A stretch of 63,426 nt of DNA, filler included, from Chiloscyllium plagiosum (lineage: Eukaryota): NCBI RefSeq assembly GCF_004010195.1. It is 3 parts of one record of this genome, joined end to end, with 100 filler letters (N's around TTAATTAATTAA, not from the genome) between each part and the next. Parts side by side here need not be neighbours in the genome. Positions count along the whole stretch, not along the records: positions 1 to 30,610 come from NC_057716.1; positions 30,711 to 56,042 come from NC_057716.1; 1 more part is not named here. One strand, written 5' to 3'. The notes beneath the pieces were generated by a model, which saw only the letters and a list, made by a program, of their open reading frames with translations, made no database searches and was not told where the DNA came from. This document shows, one piece after another, positions 24,383 through 37,529 of the stretch. How positions within the stretch are numbered: the first letter of the stretch is position 1; each line of letters opens with the position of its first letter. A program made the position numbers and the translations under genes.

Positions 24383-24489
24383 GGCAATGCCCAGTCAGCA
24401 ATCCCGACAAAATCACCGGCCAGGGTCAGTGCAATCAAACCTCACTGCGTTAGCTGCGGCGCAGGGTTCCAGCCATCTCTCTTGGATTC

Positions 24490-24532
24490 CTCTCTCTCTC
24501 TCTCTCTCTCCGCCTCTCTCTCTCTCTCTCTC

Positions 24533-24576
<44 letters not shown>

Positions 24577-24590
24577 CCTCTCTCTCTCTC
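24490..24590. repeat. (CT)n/(GA)n microsatellite interrupted by CCG
   Basis: Direct reading; lies in the putative 5' UTR of the exon above. Confidence 0.9.
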
Positions 24591-26302
24591 TTTGCCTGCT
24601 GCTCTCAGTCTTTACGAGTTGTTTCTGAGCAGACTGAGGAAGACTGAAACCCCCCCGTTCTCCCCTCCCCTTGGAAGCTCCTTCAGCCCCTGTGTTGTAG
24701 ACCACTCCCCTTACCCACTTCACAGACCAGAACCTCTCTATGAGTAAGAAAGTCCTTGACGGGTCCCTCTGCCAGTCTTTTCAAATAAAAAAATTACTTC
24801 TGTTCCACAGGAGATGGGGGGGGCCGGGGGTGGCTGTTGTGGGATCTCACAGACAGATTTCTTTCAGGCTGTCTGTGTGTGTGTCCCTTTCTCCCTTTCT
24901 TTCAAACTCTGGGCCTCCTAAGTTCAGGAGCAGGATCTCTGTACATTTGCCTGGGTGGATATAAAAATAAACAAAAAGCAGCCACCCGCCTCCAGGGAAT
25001 TGGGAATAGAGGAGGGAGAGAAAGGAAAGAGAGAGAAAAGCAAAGTGTTCTCAAATCTTTAGGACAAAGATTGTCTTTATATTGTGCAGCAGCATACATA
25101 ACTGTTGCGGTTTTCAGAGTATTTCTTCAGATACAAACCATCCACAAACCCCCCTCGAAATGAAAACATATTTATTCCAGTGACTCTGACTGTAGTTTAT
25201 TGCTGGCTTGCCTCAAAGTGCTCCACTCTAACCATATTCAGTATGGCTCAGTTCATGTTAACCCTTACAAACCTCATGATGGTTCAAACAGCTTCTCCAC
25301 AGCCACCAAACGAAGGCTGCAAGTCTCTGAACTTGGCCGGGGAAGTCGCTCATTCACTCAAATTCGAACACCGAGAATCCTCAGCGATACAGCCAGCCAG
25401 GATTATAAACTTCCAAAAACAGAAATTGCTGGAAAAGCTCAGCAGGTCTGGCAGCATCTGTGAAGAGAAGGGTTCTGAGGTAGGGCCACTGGACCTGAAA
25501 TGTTAACTCCAATTTCTCTCACAGATACTGCCAGACCTGCTGAGCTTTTCCAGCAATTTCTGATTTTGCTTCTGATTTACAGCATCCACAGTTCTTTTAG
25601 TTCTTAACTGACTAGATTGATGGATTACCAAAGTAATGAGCCATGATTCAAGTTGGAGCTGACTCCTTCATATACAAATAGCCCAGGGAATAATATCACT
25701 CCAATATCACCACTGAACTCTCTTACAGCTCCAAAACCTCCCAGACACATCTCGCTCCACACAACAGTCAGCACCCAGCACACTACGGACAGACATCATG
25801 AGCCCTGATGCAAACTTTGTCCAAAGCCCTGATGCTGAAACATCACATCATTAAGGGCTGAATGGCCTCTTTCTCCACCAGAATAATGCTGAGATTCTGG
25901 TCCTGTGAATTACGAGCCACAAGTTCCCAATTTGGCAATCACAGAGTTGCCAGGATCTATTAGATCTTTTGTAAATCCAGCTCAGGGTCCAATGCCATTT
26001 TAGTTTGCCCTGGATCACAAGCGCATGGACCAAGACCACATCAATGCGTAAACTGCCCACTTCAAGGCTCACCTCACCTTAAAAATGGATGTCTCTGAGT
26101 GAGGGACTGCATGGGCTGGCCGCTGTCATAGCAACCATAATCCTCCATTTACCCCAACCCCGTCAAAAATCTGTTTCTAGTTTTTCCCTGTGGGAGAGTC
26201 TCGGGTCAGAGGGGCATCAGTTCATTTAAGACAGAGATGAGGAGCAATTTCTTCTCTCAGTCCATCACGCAAACCAGCCTTCCATCCAATAATAAAAAAA
26301 AA

Positions 26303-26882
26303 GGGGGGCACGGTGGCTCAGTGGTTAGCACAGCTGCCTTACAGCACCAAAGACCCGGGTTCAATTCCCGCCTCAGGTAACTGTCTGTGTGGAGTTTGCA
26401 CATTCTCCCTGTGTCTGTGGGTTTCCTCTGGTTTCCTCCCACAATTCAAAAAAAAAAACGTGCAGGTTAGGTGAATTGGCCATGCTAAATTGCCTGTAGT
26501 GCTAGGTGAAGGGGTAAGTGTAGAGGAATGGGTCTGGGTGGGTTACTTTTTATGGGCGGCACGGTGGCACAGTGGTTAGCACTGCTGCCTCACAGCGCCA
26601 GAGACCTGGGTTCAATTACCTCCTCAGGCGACTGACTGTGTGGAGTTTGCACGTTCTCCCCGTGTCTGCGTGGGTTTCCTCCGGGTGCTCCGGTTTCCTC
26701 CCACAGTCCAAAGATGTGCAGGGTCAGGTGAATTGGCCATGCTAAATTGCCCGTAGTGTTAGGTAAGGGGTAAATGTAGGGGTATGGGTGGGTTTCGCTT
26801 CGGCGGGTCGGTGTGGACTTGTTGGGCCGAAGGGCCTGTTTCCACACTGTAATGTAATGTAATCTAATCTAATCTAATCTAA
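26303..26882 (+). mobile_element. Two tandem HE1/V-SINEs (26303-26547 truncated; 26554-26882 full)
   Basis: Two tRNA heads and two V-domains; (TAATC)n tail on the second copy. Confidence 0.9.
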
Positions 26883-26899
26883 ACTCTGTCTGTATATGC

Positions 26900-27495
26900 C
26901 ACTGCATTGGGAAAGCAGCCAGCATCATTAAAGACCCCTCCCACACCAGTCATACTTTACCACCCTCTTCCATTGGGCAGAAGATACAAAAGTATGAAAA
27001 TACATACCAACAGATTCAAGACTAGCTTCTTCTCCGCTGTTATCAGACTTATGATTAGATTCCCTACAGTGTGGAAACAGGCCCTTCGGGCCAACAAGTC
27101 CACACTGACCCACTGCCCTCTGACTAATGCACCTATCACAATGGGCAATTTTGGACAGTAGAAGGAACCAGAAACACCAAGAGGAAACCCACCCAGACAC
27201 GGGGAGAATGTGCAAACTCCACACAGACAGTCACCCAAGGCTGGAATCGAACCTGGGACCCTGGTGCTGTGAGGCAGCAGTGCTAACCACAGAGCCATCA
27301 TGCCACCCCACATGGACCTCTCCTATATTAGAGTCAATCTTTCTCCGCACCTTGTCTATAGCTATAACAATGTATTCTGCATTGTTCTTTTACTCTGATG
27401 TACTTATGTAAGGTATGATTTGTCTGGTTAGCATGCAAAACAATACTTTTCACCGTATCTCAGTGCACGTGACAATAATAAATCAAATTAAAACC
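26900..27495 (+). mobile_element. Rex1/Babar-type LINE 3' end interrupted by a minus-strand HE1 SINE (about 27053-27309)
   Basis: HPLPLGRRYKSMKIHTNRFKTSFFSAVIRL C-terminus; tail gtgacaataataaatcaaatt. Confidence 0.65.
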
Positions 27496-29965
27496 AAATT
27501 TCACAAGGCTGTTGCGGCTGTGTCTTTAAACATATTCATGGCTGAGACAGTTATATTTTTAATCAGGAAGGGAATTAAGGGTTCTGGGAAAAAGTCAGGA
27601 AAATGGCCTCATTTAACAATTAAGCAATGGGTTAGTTCAGTTTTAGCACTGCCCAAGAACTGAGTTTTCTTCCCTGCCATCAGCTCAAACATGAGACCAA
27701 TATTGGACATACCCCATGCAGATGCATTTAACCCAGCAGGCTGGTCTTGTCTTGATCAATTTGAGGGCATTCATATTTTGGGCCCTTCATCTGCCCAGAT
27801 GTCATGAGTGCAACCCAGAAACAAAACCAAACACTCACCCTCCTCAAACAACACCCCCTTCCACCAAAGAAACACGGGGCACAGCAGAGACATCAAGTCA
27901 CTGGGTAAGTGTTGAAAGAAAAAGAAGACAGTATTTGTGCGCTTTCTATTTGTCTCCCATTCTGCCTCTTCTCCTCCCTTTCAACTTCCCATTGTATCTC
28001 TCCAGATGGAGAGAGTGTGTGAAGGAAGAAAGAATCCCGGAGAGAGCAAGGAGAAAGGGAGAGGAAGGAGAAACAGAATAAGAGAATGAAAGAGAGAGGC
28101 TAAGGGATGGAGAAAGAGTGAGAGAGAAGAGAAAGAACAAGAGTAACATGGGATCATCGGAACAGATGTAGGCCATTCAGCCCCTCAAGCCTTTTCCACC
28201 TTTCGTGGTCTAACTCCATAAACCTGTCTTTGGCCCCTATCCCTTCATATCTTTGCTTAACAAAAACTCATGGATCTTAGATTCTGGTGCAAAAGCAGGA
28301 AAGGAGAGGGAAAAAAAGGCAAAAAGCAGACAGAGAAAGACAGAGAGAAAACAGGAGACAGAAACCGAGGGAGAAAGTAGGAAAGAAAATTTTAAATAGA
28401 ACGAAACAAATTGCTCAGGAGATGAAATGGAGAGGATCCACGATGGAGTACAGCAGACACAGACTGAGATTAGCAAACTGATTGAGAGGGAGGGATGAGC
28501 AGAATAAATACTGTCGAGAAATTCACTGGGAAATAAGACATGAGGAGAAAGAGAGCGTGGAAAAAGGAATCAACTAAAGCGATGACGAGAGTAGTGAGCA
28601 GGACTCGAGCAGACAATCCCATCTAATCTCAGTCTCCCTACCAATTTCTCAAACCAAAATGTACCACTCCACATTTTGTTGAGTTAAATTTTGTCAGCCG
28701 TTTCTCCCCAATTCTACTCCTGTCCATGTCTTTGAGGAATCTAACACAATACTCACACAAAATAACACACCAATAACATACACAGAGACACAGGCACACA
28801 CACACACANNNNNNNNNNNNNNNNNNNNNNNNNNNNNNNNNNNNNNNNNNNNNNNNNNNNNNNNNNNNNNNNNNNNNNNNNNNNNNNNNNNNNNNNNNNN
28901 NNNNNNNNNNNNNNNNNNNNNNNNNNNNNNNNNNNNNNNNNNNNNNNNNNNNNNNNNNNNNNNNNNNNNNNNNNNNNNNNNNNNNNNNNNNNNNNNNNNN
29001 NNNNNNNNNNNNNNNNNNNNNNNNNNNNNNNNNNNNNNNNNNNNNNNNNNNNNNNNNNNNNNNNNNNNNNNNNNNNNNNNNNNNNNNNNNNNNNNNNNNN
29101 NNNNNNNNNNNNNNNNNNNNNNNNNNNNNNNNNNNNNNNNNNNNNNNNNNNNNNNNNNNNNNNNNNNNNNNNNNNNNNNNNNNNNNNNNNNNNNNNNNNN
29201 NNNNNNNNNNNNNNNNNNNNNNNNNNNNNNNNNNNNNNNNNNNNNNNNNNNNNNNNNNNNNNNNNNNNNNNNNNNNNNNNNNNNNNNNNNNNNNNNNNNN
29301 NNNNNNNNNNNNNNNNNNNNNNNNNNNNNNNNNNNNNNNNNNNNNNNNNNNNNNNNNNNNNNNNNNNNNNNNNNNNNNNNNNNNNNNNNNNNNNNNNNNN
29401 NNNNNNNNNNNNNNNNNNNNNNNNNNNNNNNNNNNNNNNNNCACACACACGCAGTACTTTTCTCTCTCTCATACACAGGCACACAGACACATTCTTTCTC
29501 TCTCTCACACACACAAACATGCACACACACGCACAGACACACACACAGTTCAGAAAGGGTTAAACCATGCTGGTAACTTCTCCAATTCATAACCTCTGCA
29601 AACAATTTAAATGTAATGATATAAAACTGTTTGTTTCCCCTGAGGCTCCAACAAAATACAATAAAAGGCTGCAACAAGCAAATTTTACACGACCTTTTAT
29701 AGGGGAGAGTGGGAATGGATGAGTGAAAGTTGCAGGAAATTCAAAGTTCAAGTCTGGGTACCTTTGACAGAGTAAGTAAAGTTCTGGGAGAGGTCCCCCT
29801 CACTTGTGCTACATCACTGAAAACCTCTCACTGCTGATACTGCTGAGGCTCCGTCACATGCTTCACCTCATCACAATCTCACTGCATTTTGCCTCAGGTC
29901 ACAACTCGCAAGGCCCAAGGGTCACCCACAGGCTAGAAATTACAGATTAAACTCTACTGGGGCAA

Positions 29966-30610
29966 AGAGGGTCAGTACTGAGGGGGTGCCGCACGGTTAG
30001 AGGGTCAGTGCTGAGGGAGTGCCGCACTGTCAGAGGGTCAGTGCTGAGGGAGTGCCGCACTGTTATAGGGTCAGTACAGAGGGAGTGCCGGACTGTCAGA
30101 GGGTCAGTACTGAGGGAGTGCCACACGGTTAGAGGGTCAGTGCTGAGGGAGCGCCGCACTGTCAGAGGGTCAGTACTGAGGGAGTGCCGCCCTGTCAGAG
30201 GGTCAGTACTGTGGGTGTGCCGCACTGTCGGAGGGTCTGTACTGAGGGAGTGCCGCACTGTCAGAGGGTCAGTACTGAGGGTGTGCCGCACTATAGGAGG
30301 GTCAGTACTGAGGGAGTGCCGCACTGTCAGAGGGTCAGTGCTGAGGGAGTGCCGCACTGTCAGAGGGTTAGTACTGAGGGAGCGCCGCACTGTCAGAGGG
30401 TCTGTACTGAGGGAGTGCCGCACTGTCAGAGGGTCAGTACTGAGGGTGTGCCGCACTATAGGAGGGTCAGTACTGAGGGAGTGCCGCACTGTCAGAGGGT
30501 CAGTGCTGAGGGAGTGCCGCACTGTCAGAGGGTCAGTACTGAGGGAGTGCCGCACTGTCAGAGGGTCAGTGCTGATGGAGTGCCGCACTGTCGGAGGGTC
30601 AGTATTGAGG
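29966..30610 (+). repeat. 33-bp minisatellite (AGAGGGTCAGTACTGAGGGAGTGCCGCACTGTC), about 19 units, runs into a gap
   Basis: Direct tandem periodicity; 11-aa repeat in the ORF track. Confidence 0.95.
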
Positions 30611-30710
30611 NNNNNNNNNNNNNNNNNNNNNNNNNNNNNNNNNNNNNNNNNNNNTTAATTAATTAANNNNNNNNNNNNNNNNNNNNNNNNNNNNNNNNNN
30701 NNNNNNNNNN
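30611..30710. other. Artificial scaffold linker N44-TTAATTAATTAA-N44
   Basis: Exactly 100 bp; the 12-mer has stop codons in all six frames; identical construct at 56043-56142. Confidence 0.9.
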
Positions 30711-31800
30711 GGGGGGTAGGTATAGGGCAGATGTTAGGGGTAGGTTCTTTACTCAGCGTGTCGTGAGTTCATGGAATGCCCTGCCAGTAGCAGTGGTGGA
30801 CTCTCCCTCATTATGGGCATTTAAGCGGGCATTGGATAGGCATATGGAGGATAGTGGGCTAATGTAGGTTAGGTGGGCTTGGATCGGCGCAACATCGAGG
30901 GCCGAAGGGCCTGTACTGCGCTGTATTCTTCTATGTTCTATGTCTATCAATCTTGTTTGTTACTTCTTCAAAAACCTCAATCAAGTTTGTGAGACATGAT
31001 TTCCCACGCACAAAGCCATGTTGACTATCCCTAATCAGTCCTTGCCTTTCCAAATACATGTACATCCTGTCCCTCAGGATTCCCTCCAACAACTTGCCCA
31101 CCGCTGAGGTAAGGCTCACCCGTCTATAGTTCCCTGGCTTGTCTTTACCACCCTTCTTAAACAGTGGCACCACGTTTGCCAACCTCCAGTCTTCCGGCAC
31201 CTCACCTGTAACCATTGATGATACAAATATGTCAGCAAGAGGGCCCAGCAATCACTTCTCTAGCTTCCCACAGAGTTCAGGGGTGCACCTGATCAGGGCC
31301 TGGGGATTTATCCACCTTTAACCGTTTGAAGACATCCAGCGCTTCCTCCTCTCTCTTTCTGGACATTTTGCAAGATGTCACCATCAATTCCCCACAGTCT
31401 ATATCTTCCATATCCTTTTCCACAGTAAATACTGATGCAAAATATTAATTTAGTATCTCCCCCATTTTCTGTGGCTCCATACAAAGGCCACCTTGCTGAT
31501 CTTTGAGGGCAGAAAATGTGTTGCTGGAAAAGCGCATCAGGTCAGGCAGCATCCAAGGAGCAGGAGAATCGACGTTTCGGGCATGAGCCCTTCTTCAGGA
31601 AGGGCTATCCCTAATCAGCCTAATCGTTGAGGGGCCCTATTCTCTCAATATTACTTTTGCCATTTTTTTTGTTTTGTATATTTGTAGAAACTTTTGCTAT
31701 TTGTGTTTAGATTCTGAGCTAGTTTATTCTCATAATCTCTCTTACTTTTCTTTATAGCTTTTTCTGTGGCTTTCTGTTGACCTTTAAAGCTTTCCCAATT
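30711..31800. mobile_element. CR1 3' end (+, 30711-30945) abutting a CR1 RT fragment (-, about 30945-31800) that carries a PLE family C insert
   Basis: WNALPVAVV and (TTCTATG) tail; EDWRLANVVPLFKKG and SQHGFVRGKSCLTNL on minus. Confidence 0.85.
31567..31600 (-). ncRNA. Minimal hammerhead ribozyme motif (family C, intact core)
   Basis: Minus: CUGAAGA-A-GGGC-UCAU-GCCC-GAA-ACGU-C-GAUU. Confidence 0.7.
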
Positions 31801-32329
31801 TTCTAGTTTCCTGCTGACCTTACTTTGTTTGTCTTCTCTGTCAGTTTGACAGCCTCCCTTATTTCCTTAGATGCCCATGGCAGATTACCACTTTTCCTAC
31901 AGTCCTTCCTTTTCAATGATACATGCTGTTGCTGAGCACTTATCCTTAGTAATGTCAGTTTACTCTGATAAACTGAATTCTCTACCTCCATTTTCAACCC
32001 CTCCAATCCCAACCCCTCCATTTTCAACCCCTCCACTCTCCCTGAATTAGCAGACTGCTTATGAACACCCAGTCTTGGGTGAGCACAGAAGTCTTCCAAA
32101 TAAATCTTGAGTAAGATTGAAAATATTGTTCTAAATCTGAACTCTGTTTTAGAGTTCTCAAATTCATCGCGCTCTCTGGTAACAGTCTGAGGCAGGACCA
32201 TTCTTTTTATACCCTTGATATTGTATCTGACCATGAAATGGGTTTCTAACAATAGAATTATGAATGTTCACCTTCTCTGAGACCTACACAACATCCTGGG
32301 ACTCGGTACCTTCCTCAGCTCAGCTGCAA

Positions 32330-32880
32330 ATCTTCATTCCTGTCTTTGTTACCTTTAGACTCGATTATTCCAGCTCTTTCACAGCAGCTCTGATATAAAT
32401 ACCCTTGGTAAACGTGAGCTCATCCAAACCTCCACTGACTTTTTCTCCCCATTTCCTGTTCCTATGGTCTCTGCCATACTCACTGATTAGCTCATCCAAT
32501 TGATTCCAAACTTCTCATCCTGCTATTCAAATCCCTCCATGGTCTGCATCCCTCCCCTATCTCTGTAATCTCCTGCAGCATCAGTCTCCCTCCAAGACCT
32601 CAAATTCCAGCCTCTAGTATATCCCCAAACGTAAAGGGTGCACCATTCGCTGTGCCTTTGGTTATCTCGACCTGAGGCTGAGGAATTCCCTCTCCACCTC
32701 AACTGGCTGCTTTGAGACGCTCCTTAGAACTAAACGCTTTGACCAAGCTTTCGAACGCCTGCCCAAGTATTTCCTGATGTGGCTCAGTGATATATTCTGC
32801 TTTTAAAATGCTCACGCGCAGCACTTTGTGAGATTCCATTACGCTAATGGCTCTGTCTAAATATCAGCTGTTACAAGAGA
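32330..32880 (+). mobile_element. Ancient L2-type LINE 3' end
   Basis: agactcgattattcc...ttcaaatccctccatggtct...cctatctctgtaatctcct resembles the L2 ORF2 C-terminus; heavily decayed. Confidence 0.5.
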
Positions 32881-33832
32881 TAGAGGCAGAAAAAGCAGAG
32901 AGTTTCACTGAGGAAATTGAAGAGATTTATTGACTTATTGCAGCAATGTGGGGAGGTTGAGAATGAAAGGTAATTGTTTTCGGATAAGGGCTGACAGATT
33001 TAAAACAGAAATGAGGAGGAATTAATTCTCTGAAAGGGTCATGAACCTGTGGAATTCATTACCCCAGAGTGTGTTGGATGCCTGGGACATTGAGTAAATT
33101 TAAGATATAGATAGACAGATGTTTAAGGTTGAAAGGTTATGGAGAGTGGGCAGGAATGTGAAGTTGTGGTCGAGATGTGATCAACCATGTTTAAATTGAA
33201 TGGTGGAACAGGCCTGATGGGCTGAATGGCCTACTCCTGTTACTAGCTTTTATAGGAGAAAGTGAGGTCTGCAGATGCNNNNNNNNNNNNNNNNNNNNNN
33301 NNNNNNNNNNNNNNNNNNNNNNNNNNNNNNNNNNNNNNNNNNNNNNNNNNNNNNNNNNNNNNNNNNNNNNNNNNNNNNNNNNNNNNNNNNNNNNNNNNNN
33401 NNNNNNNNNNNNNNNNNNNNNNNNNNNNNNNNNNNNNNNNNNNNNNNNNNNNNNNNNNNNNNNNNNNNNNNNNNNNNNNNNNNNNNNNNNNNNNNNNNNN
33501 NNNNNNNNNNNNNNNNNNNNNNNNNNNNNNNNNNNNNNNNNNNNNNNNNNNNNNNNNNNNNNNNNNNNNNNNNNNNNNNNNNNNNNNNNNNNNNNNNNNN
33601 NNNNNNNNNNNNNNNNNNNNNNNNNNNNNNNNNNNNNNNNNNNNNNNNNNNNNNNNNNNNNNNNNNNNNNNNNNNNNNNNNNNNNNNNNNNNNNNNNNNN
33701 NNNNNNNNNNNNNNNNNNNNNNNNNNNNNNNNNNNNNNNNNNNNNNNNNNNNNNNNNNNNNNNNNNNNNNNNNNNNNNAGCATCACGGCTTTTAGTCTGG
33801 CTTTCATCAGGACATTTTGCAAGAATACCAAA

Positions 33833-34229
33833 CAGTAGAACCTCGGTAATCCGAACGAGATGGGCGGGGAGTATTTTATGGAGATAATTGATCGTTCAGA
33901 TAATCAATCTGATCATAAACTAGTGGTAATTTATGAGGAGAAAGTGAGGTCTGCAGATGCTGGAGATCAGAGCTGAAAATGTGTTGCTGGAAAAGCGCAG
34001 CAGGTCAGGCAGCATCCAAGGAGCAGGAGAATCGACGTTTCGGGCATAAGTCAATTTATGAGTGCTGGTTATCGAACATTTCTCAGTTATCTGGCAATAC
34101 ACGTCATAATGCCGTTTAACTGATAGCTGATGTCTGATAACTGATAGCTGAGATGCCTAATGCCTTGAGATCTTGTTCGGATAAACCGAAATTTGGATAA
34201 TTGATGTTCGAATAATCAAAGTTGTTCTG
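33833..34229. mobile_element. Tigger/pogo-like MITE interrupted by a PLE fragment (33935-34050)
   Basis: Imperfect 24-bp TIRs cagtagaacctcggtaatccgaac / gttcgaataatcaaagttgttctg (17/24), followed by TA. Confidence 0.6.
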
Positions 34230-34539
34230 TACACTGGAACATAGGAATAGGATGAGGCCATTCAACCCCTCACATCTGTTAGGCTATTCAATGAGATCAT
34301 GGCTGATGTGTGGCCTAAGTCCATATACCTGCCTTTGACCCATATCCCTCATTCCTTGCTGGATGGGTTAATCTTCGGAGGGTTGGTATGGACTTGTTGG
34401 GCCGAAGAGCCTGTTTACATACTGTAGGGAATCTCATCATTCTAATATCTTGAAGACTTTGATCAGATCATCCCTGAACTTTCTAAGTTCTAGAGAAAAC
34501 AGGTGTAATTTGTACAGTTTCTCCTAACAACTTTATCTC

Positions 34540-36180
34540 ATGGCCCAGCATATCCCCCACTCAACCATTACCATCAAACCAGGGGATCAACCCTGGGTCA
34601 ATGGAGAGTGCAGGAGCAGCACCAGGCATACCTGAAGATGAGATGTCAACCTGGTGAAATCGCCAAGTAGGACTTCTTCCACACCAACAGCATAAGCAGC
34701 TAGTGATAGATAGAGCTAAGCAATCCCACAACCAAAAGATCAGTTCTAAGCTCTGCAGTCCTGCCACACCCAGCCATGAATGGTAGTGGACAGTGGAGCA
34801 GGAGGCTCCTCAACTATCCCCATCCTCAACGATGGAAGAGCCCAGTACATCAGGGCAAAAGAAAAGGCTGACGTTTTTACAGCAATCTTCAACTCGAAGT
34901 GTCGAGTGGATGATCCATCTCAGCCTCCTCCAGTCGTCCCCGGATACGAATCACAGATACAAGTCTCTAGCCAATTCGGTTCACTCCACGTGATATCAAG
35001 AAATGTTTGCAGATACTGGATACTGTAAAGGCTACGGGCCCTGACAACACTCCAGCAATAGCACTGAAGACGTGTGCTCCAGAACCTGCCTCTCCCCGAG
35101 CCAAGCTGTTCCAGTCCAGTTACAACACTAGCATTTCCCCGACAATGTGCAGCAATAACCTGCTCAGTGACGCCCAGTTTGGGTTCCCCCAGGGTCACCC
35201 AGCTCCTGACCCCATTACAGCCTTGGGTCAAACATGGACAAAAGAGCTGAATCCAGAGGGGGGGGGGAGAGGGACAGCCCTTGACATCAAGGCTGCATTC
35301 GACCGAGTGGGGCATCAAGGAGCCCTGGCTAAACTGAAATCAATGGGTATCAGGGGGCAAACTCCCTGCTGGGTGGAGTCATACCTGGCACAGAGGAAGA
35401 TGGTTGTGGTTGTTGGAGGGTCAGTCATCTCAGCTCCAGGACATCTCTGCAGGAGTCCCTCAGGGGAGTGTCCTAGACCCAACCATCTTCAGCTGCTTCA
35501 TCAATGACCTTCTCTCCATCAGAAGGTCAGAAATAAAACTATAGAATCCCGACAGTGTGGAAACTGGCCCTTCAGGTCCACATCGACTCTCCAAAGAGTA
35601 TCCCACCCAGACCCACTCTTCCATTACTCTACATTTACCCTTAACTAGTGCACTGAACCTACATACCCCTGGACACTAGGGGCAATTTAGCATGGCCAAT
35701 TCACCTAACCTGCACATCTTTGGACTGTGGGAGGAAACTTGGGCACCTGGAGGAAAAACACACACACACACCATGCAAACTCCACACGGACAGTTACCAA
35801 AGGCTGGGATCGAGCTCGGGTCTCTAATGCTGTGAGACAGCAGTGCTAACCACTAAACCACAGTGCCACTGTATGGAGATGTTGCTGATGACTGTAAAAT
35901 GTTCAACACCATTCGCAACTCCTCAGATACCAAAGCAGTCCATGCCCATATCCAGACTTGGACTGACAAGTGGAAAATAGCATTCACGCCACACTGTGAC
36001 CATCACCAATGGGAGACAATCTAACTATCGTCAAAATCCTAGAATTCCCTCCCTAAGGGCATTGTGGGTCTACCTACAGCACATGGACTGCAGCGGTTCA
36101 AGCTCACCCCACCTTCTCAAGGGGCAACTAAGGACGGGCAATAAATACTGGCCCAGTCAGCGACACCCACATCGCACTGC
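34540..36180 (+). mobile_element. L2/CR1-group LINE (second family) RT relic, interrupted by a minus-strand HE1 SINE (35540-35870)
   Basis: KATGPDN, LLSDAQFGF, ALDIKAAFDRVGHQG, GVPQGSVL. The same 3' end recurs at 44100-44415, 47400-48025, 51420-51850 (-) and 52410-52590. Confidence 0.8.
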
Positions 36181-37529
36181 TGGATTTTAAAAATTGTGCA
36201 TTTTCCTGGATCTTGCTTTGAGTAAGTTACTGGCTGTGTTTCCTATTGATCATTGGCCAGTGTTTTGGGTGAGTCCAGGTGTTGTAAAATAGTTTTAAAA
36301 CAAATCATCGAAAAGTGCACAGCAAAAAGAAAATGAAATACAAACTGTGCTTTCACAACCCCGACCTTTACTGGCAGTTTATCCCAAGCCACTGAATGGG
36401 AGATTAACCTTTAATTCCTGAGGAATCCAATCATATATATGCAGCAGCCAAATAAGGAGATGTGTGTGGGAATCAGGTATGACAGTCCCAGTGAAAGTTA
36501 ATATCCCGGTCAAATGATAATCTCTAGTCCAGCACTAATGACTAGGCTGAGATCGGTGTCACAACGTAAACAGCACACAGGGCTGCTTCATGCTACACTG
36601 AGGCTCACATTCAGCCAAAGGTCCACTGGGGACTAATAAACAGAAGAATGTGCAGACGGCAGACAGACAAACAACGCTCGGCATTTGGGGAGGAGTGAGG
36701 TATCAAAGAGAGAATCAGGAATACAGCCACAGAATCACAGAACTGCTCCAGTGAAGCCAACGAGCAGCCAGCCTATCGTATCTGCACCAGTACTAATGAC
36801 AACAACAAATGAGACAGTCCTGAAAACCTGTCTGCAGGATCCACACAGCTCCCTGATGAAAACAGGGCTATGATGAAGTGTCAAACAGCCATACTTCACC
36901 TAATTATTCTCTCTCATTCACACACTTACATGCTAACACTCAATCACACACTCTGTCACACACACAGTCTCACACACACACACTCACTCACAACACACAC
37001 ACTCACTGTCACACACACACAGTCTCACACACACACAAACTAACTCTCACACACTATTCACATTCACACACACACTCACGTATTCACACACTCACATAAA
37101 AAACACACACACACATTATCCCTCTCTCTCTCTCACACACACACACAAAGAACACATTCTCTCTCATATACACACTTACTCACATACACACATACTTTGA
37201 TACAGTTTCAGAGCCTTCTGTTATGATTGAGTAAAAATCAGACAGTTACTGATATATTTTGATTGGAAGAATGAGGACAGGTGGGATAAATTAAATGGGG
37301 GAAAGGAACTGAGTGACATGATGAGTTTGAGGGTTTGGAGGGAGCAGGAGAAGTTGAGAAGGGGAGAATAAGAATCAAACATCCCGGGCTTGATAAATAG
37401 GGGAAACTGAATTCAGAACCGAGAGAGTTCTCAAACCTCCATATGGATGGGATTATCATGAGACTATTAAGCGACAGACCCAGGTAATGTTTTGGGAGCT
37501 AGGTTCGAATCTGGAATTAAGAGTCTAAT

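Noticed and set aside
29947..30666. Long repetitive ORFs (STDPLTVRHSL / GSVLRECRTVR), also at 54536-54937
   Set aside because: Translation of a 33-bp minisatellite that is open on both strands; no unique coding flanks.
31803..32252. 149-aa minus-strand ORF
   Set aside because: Chimeric: part CR1 remnant, part 15-bp tandem repeat; no splice or domain support.
36448..36457. Perfect CArG box CCAAATAAGG (also a DR1-like AGGTCAAAGGTGA near 42378)
   Set aside because: Single short motifs are expected by chance in 63 kb; no supporting promoter context.
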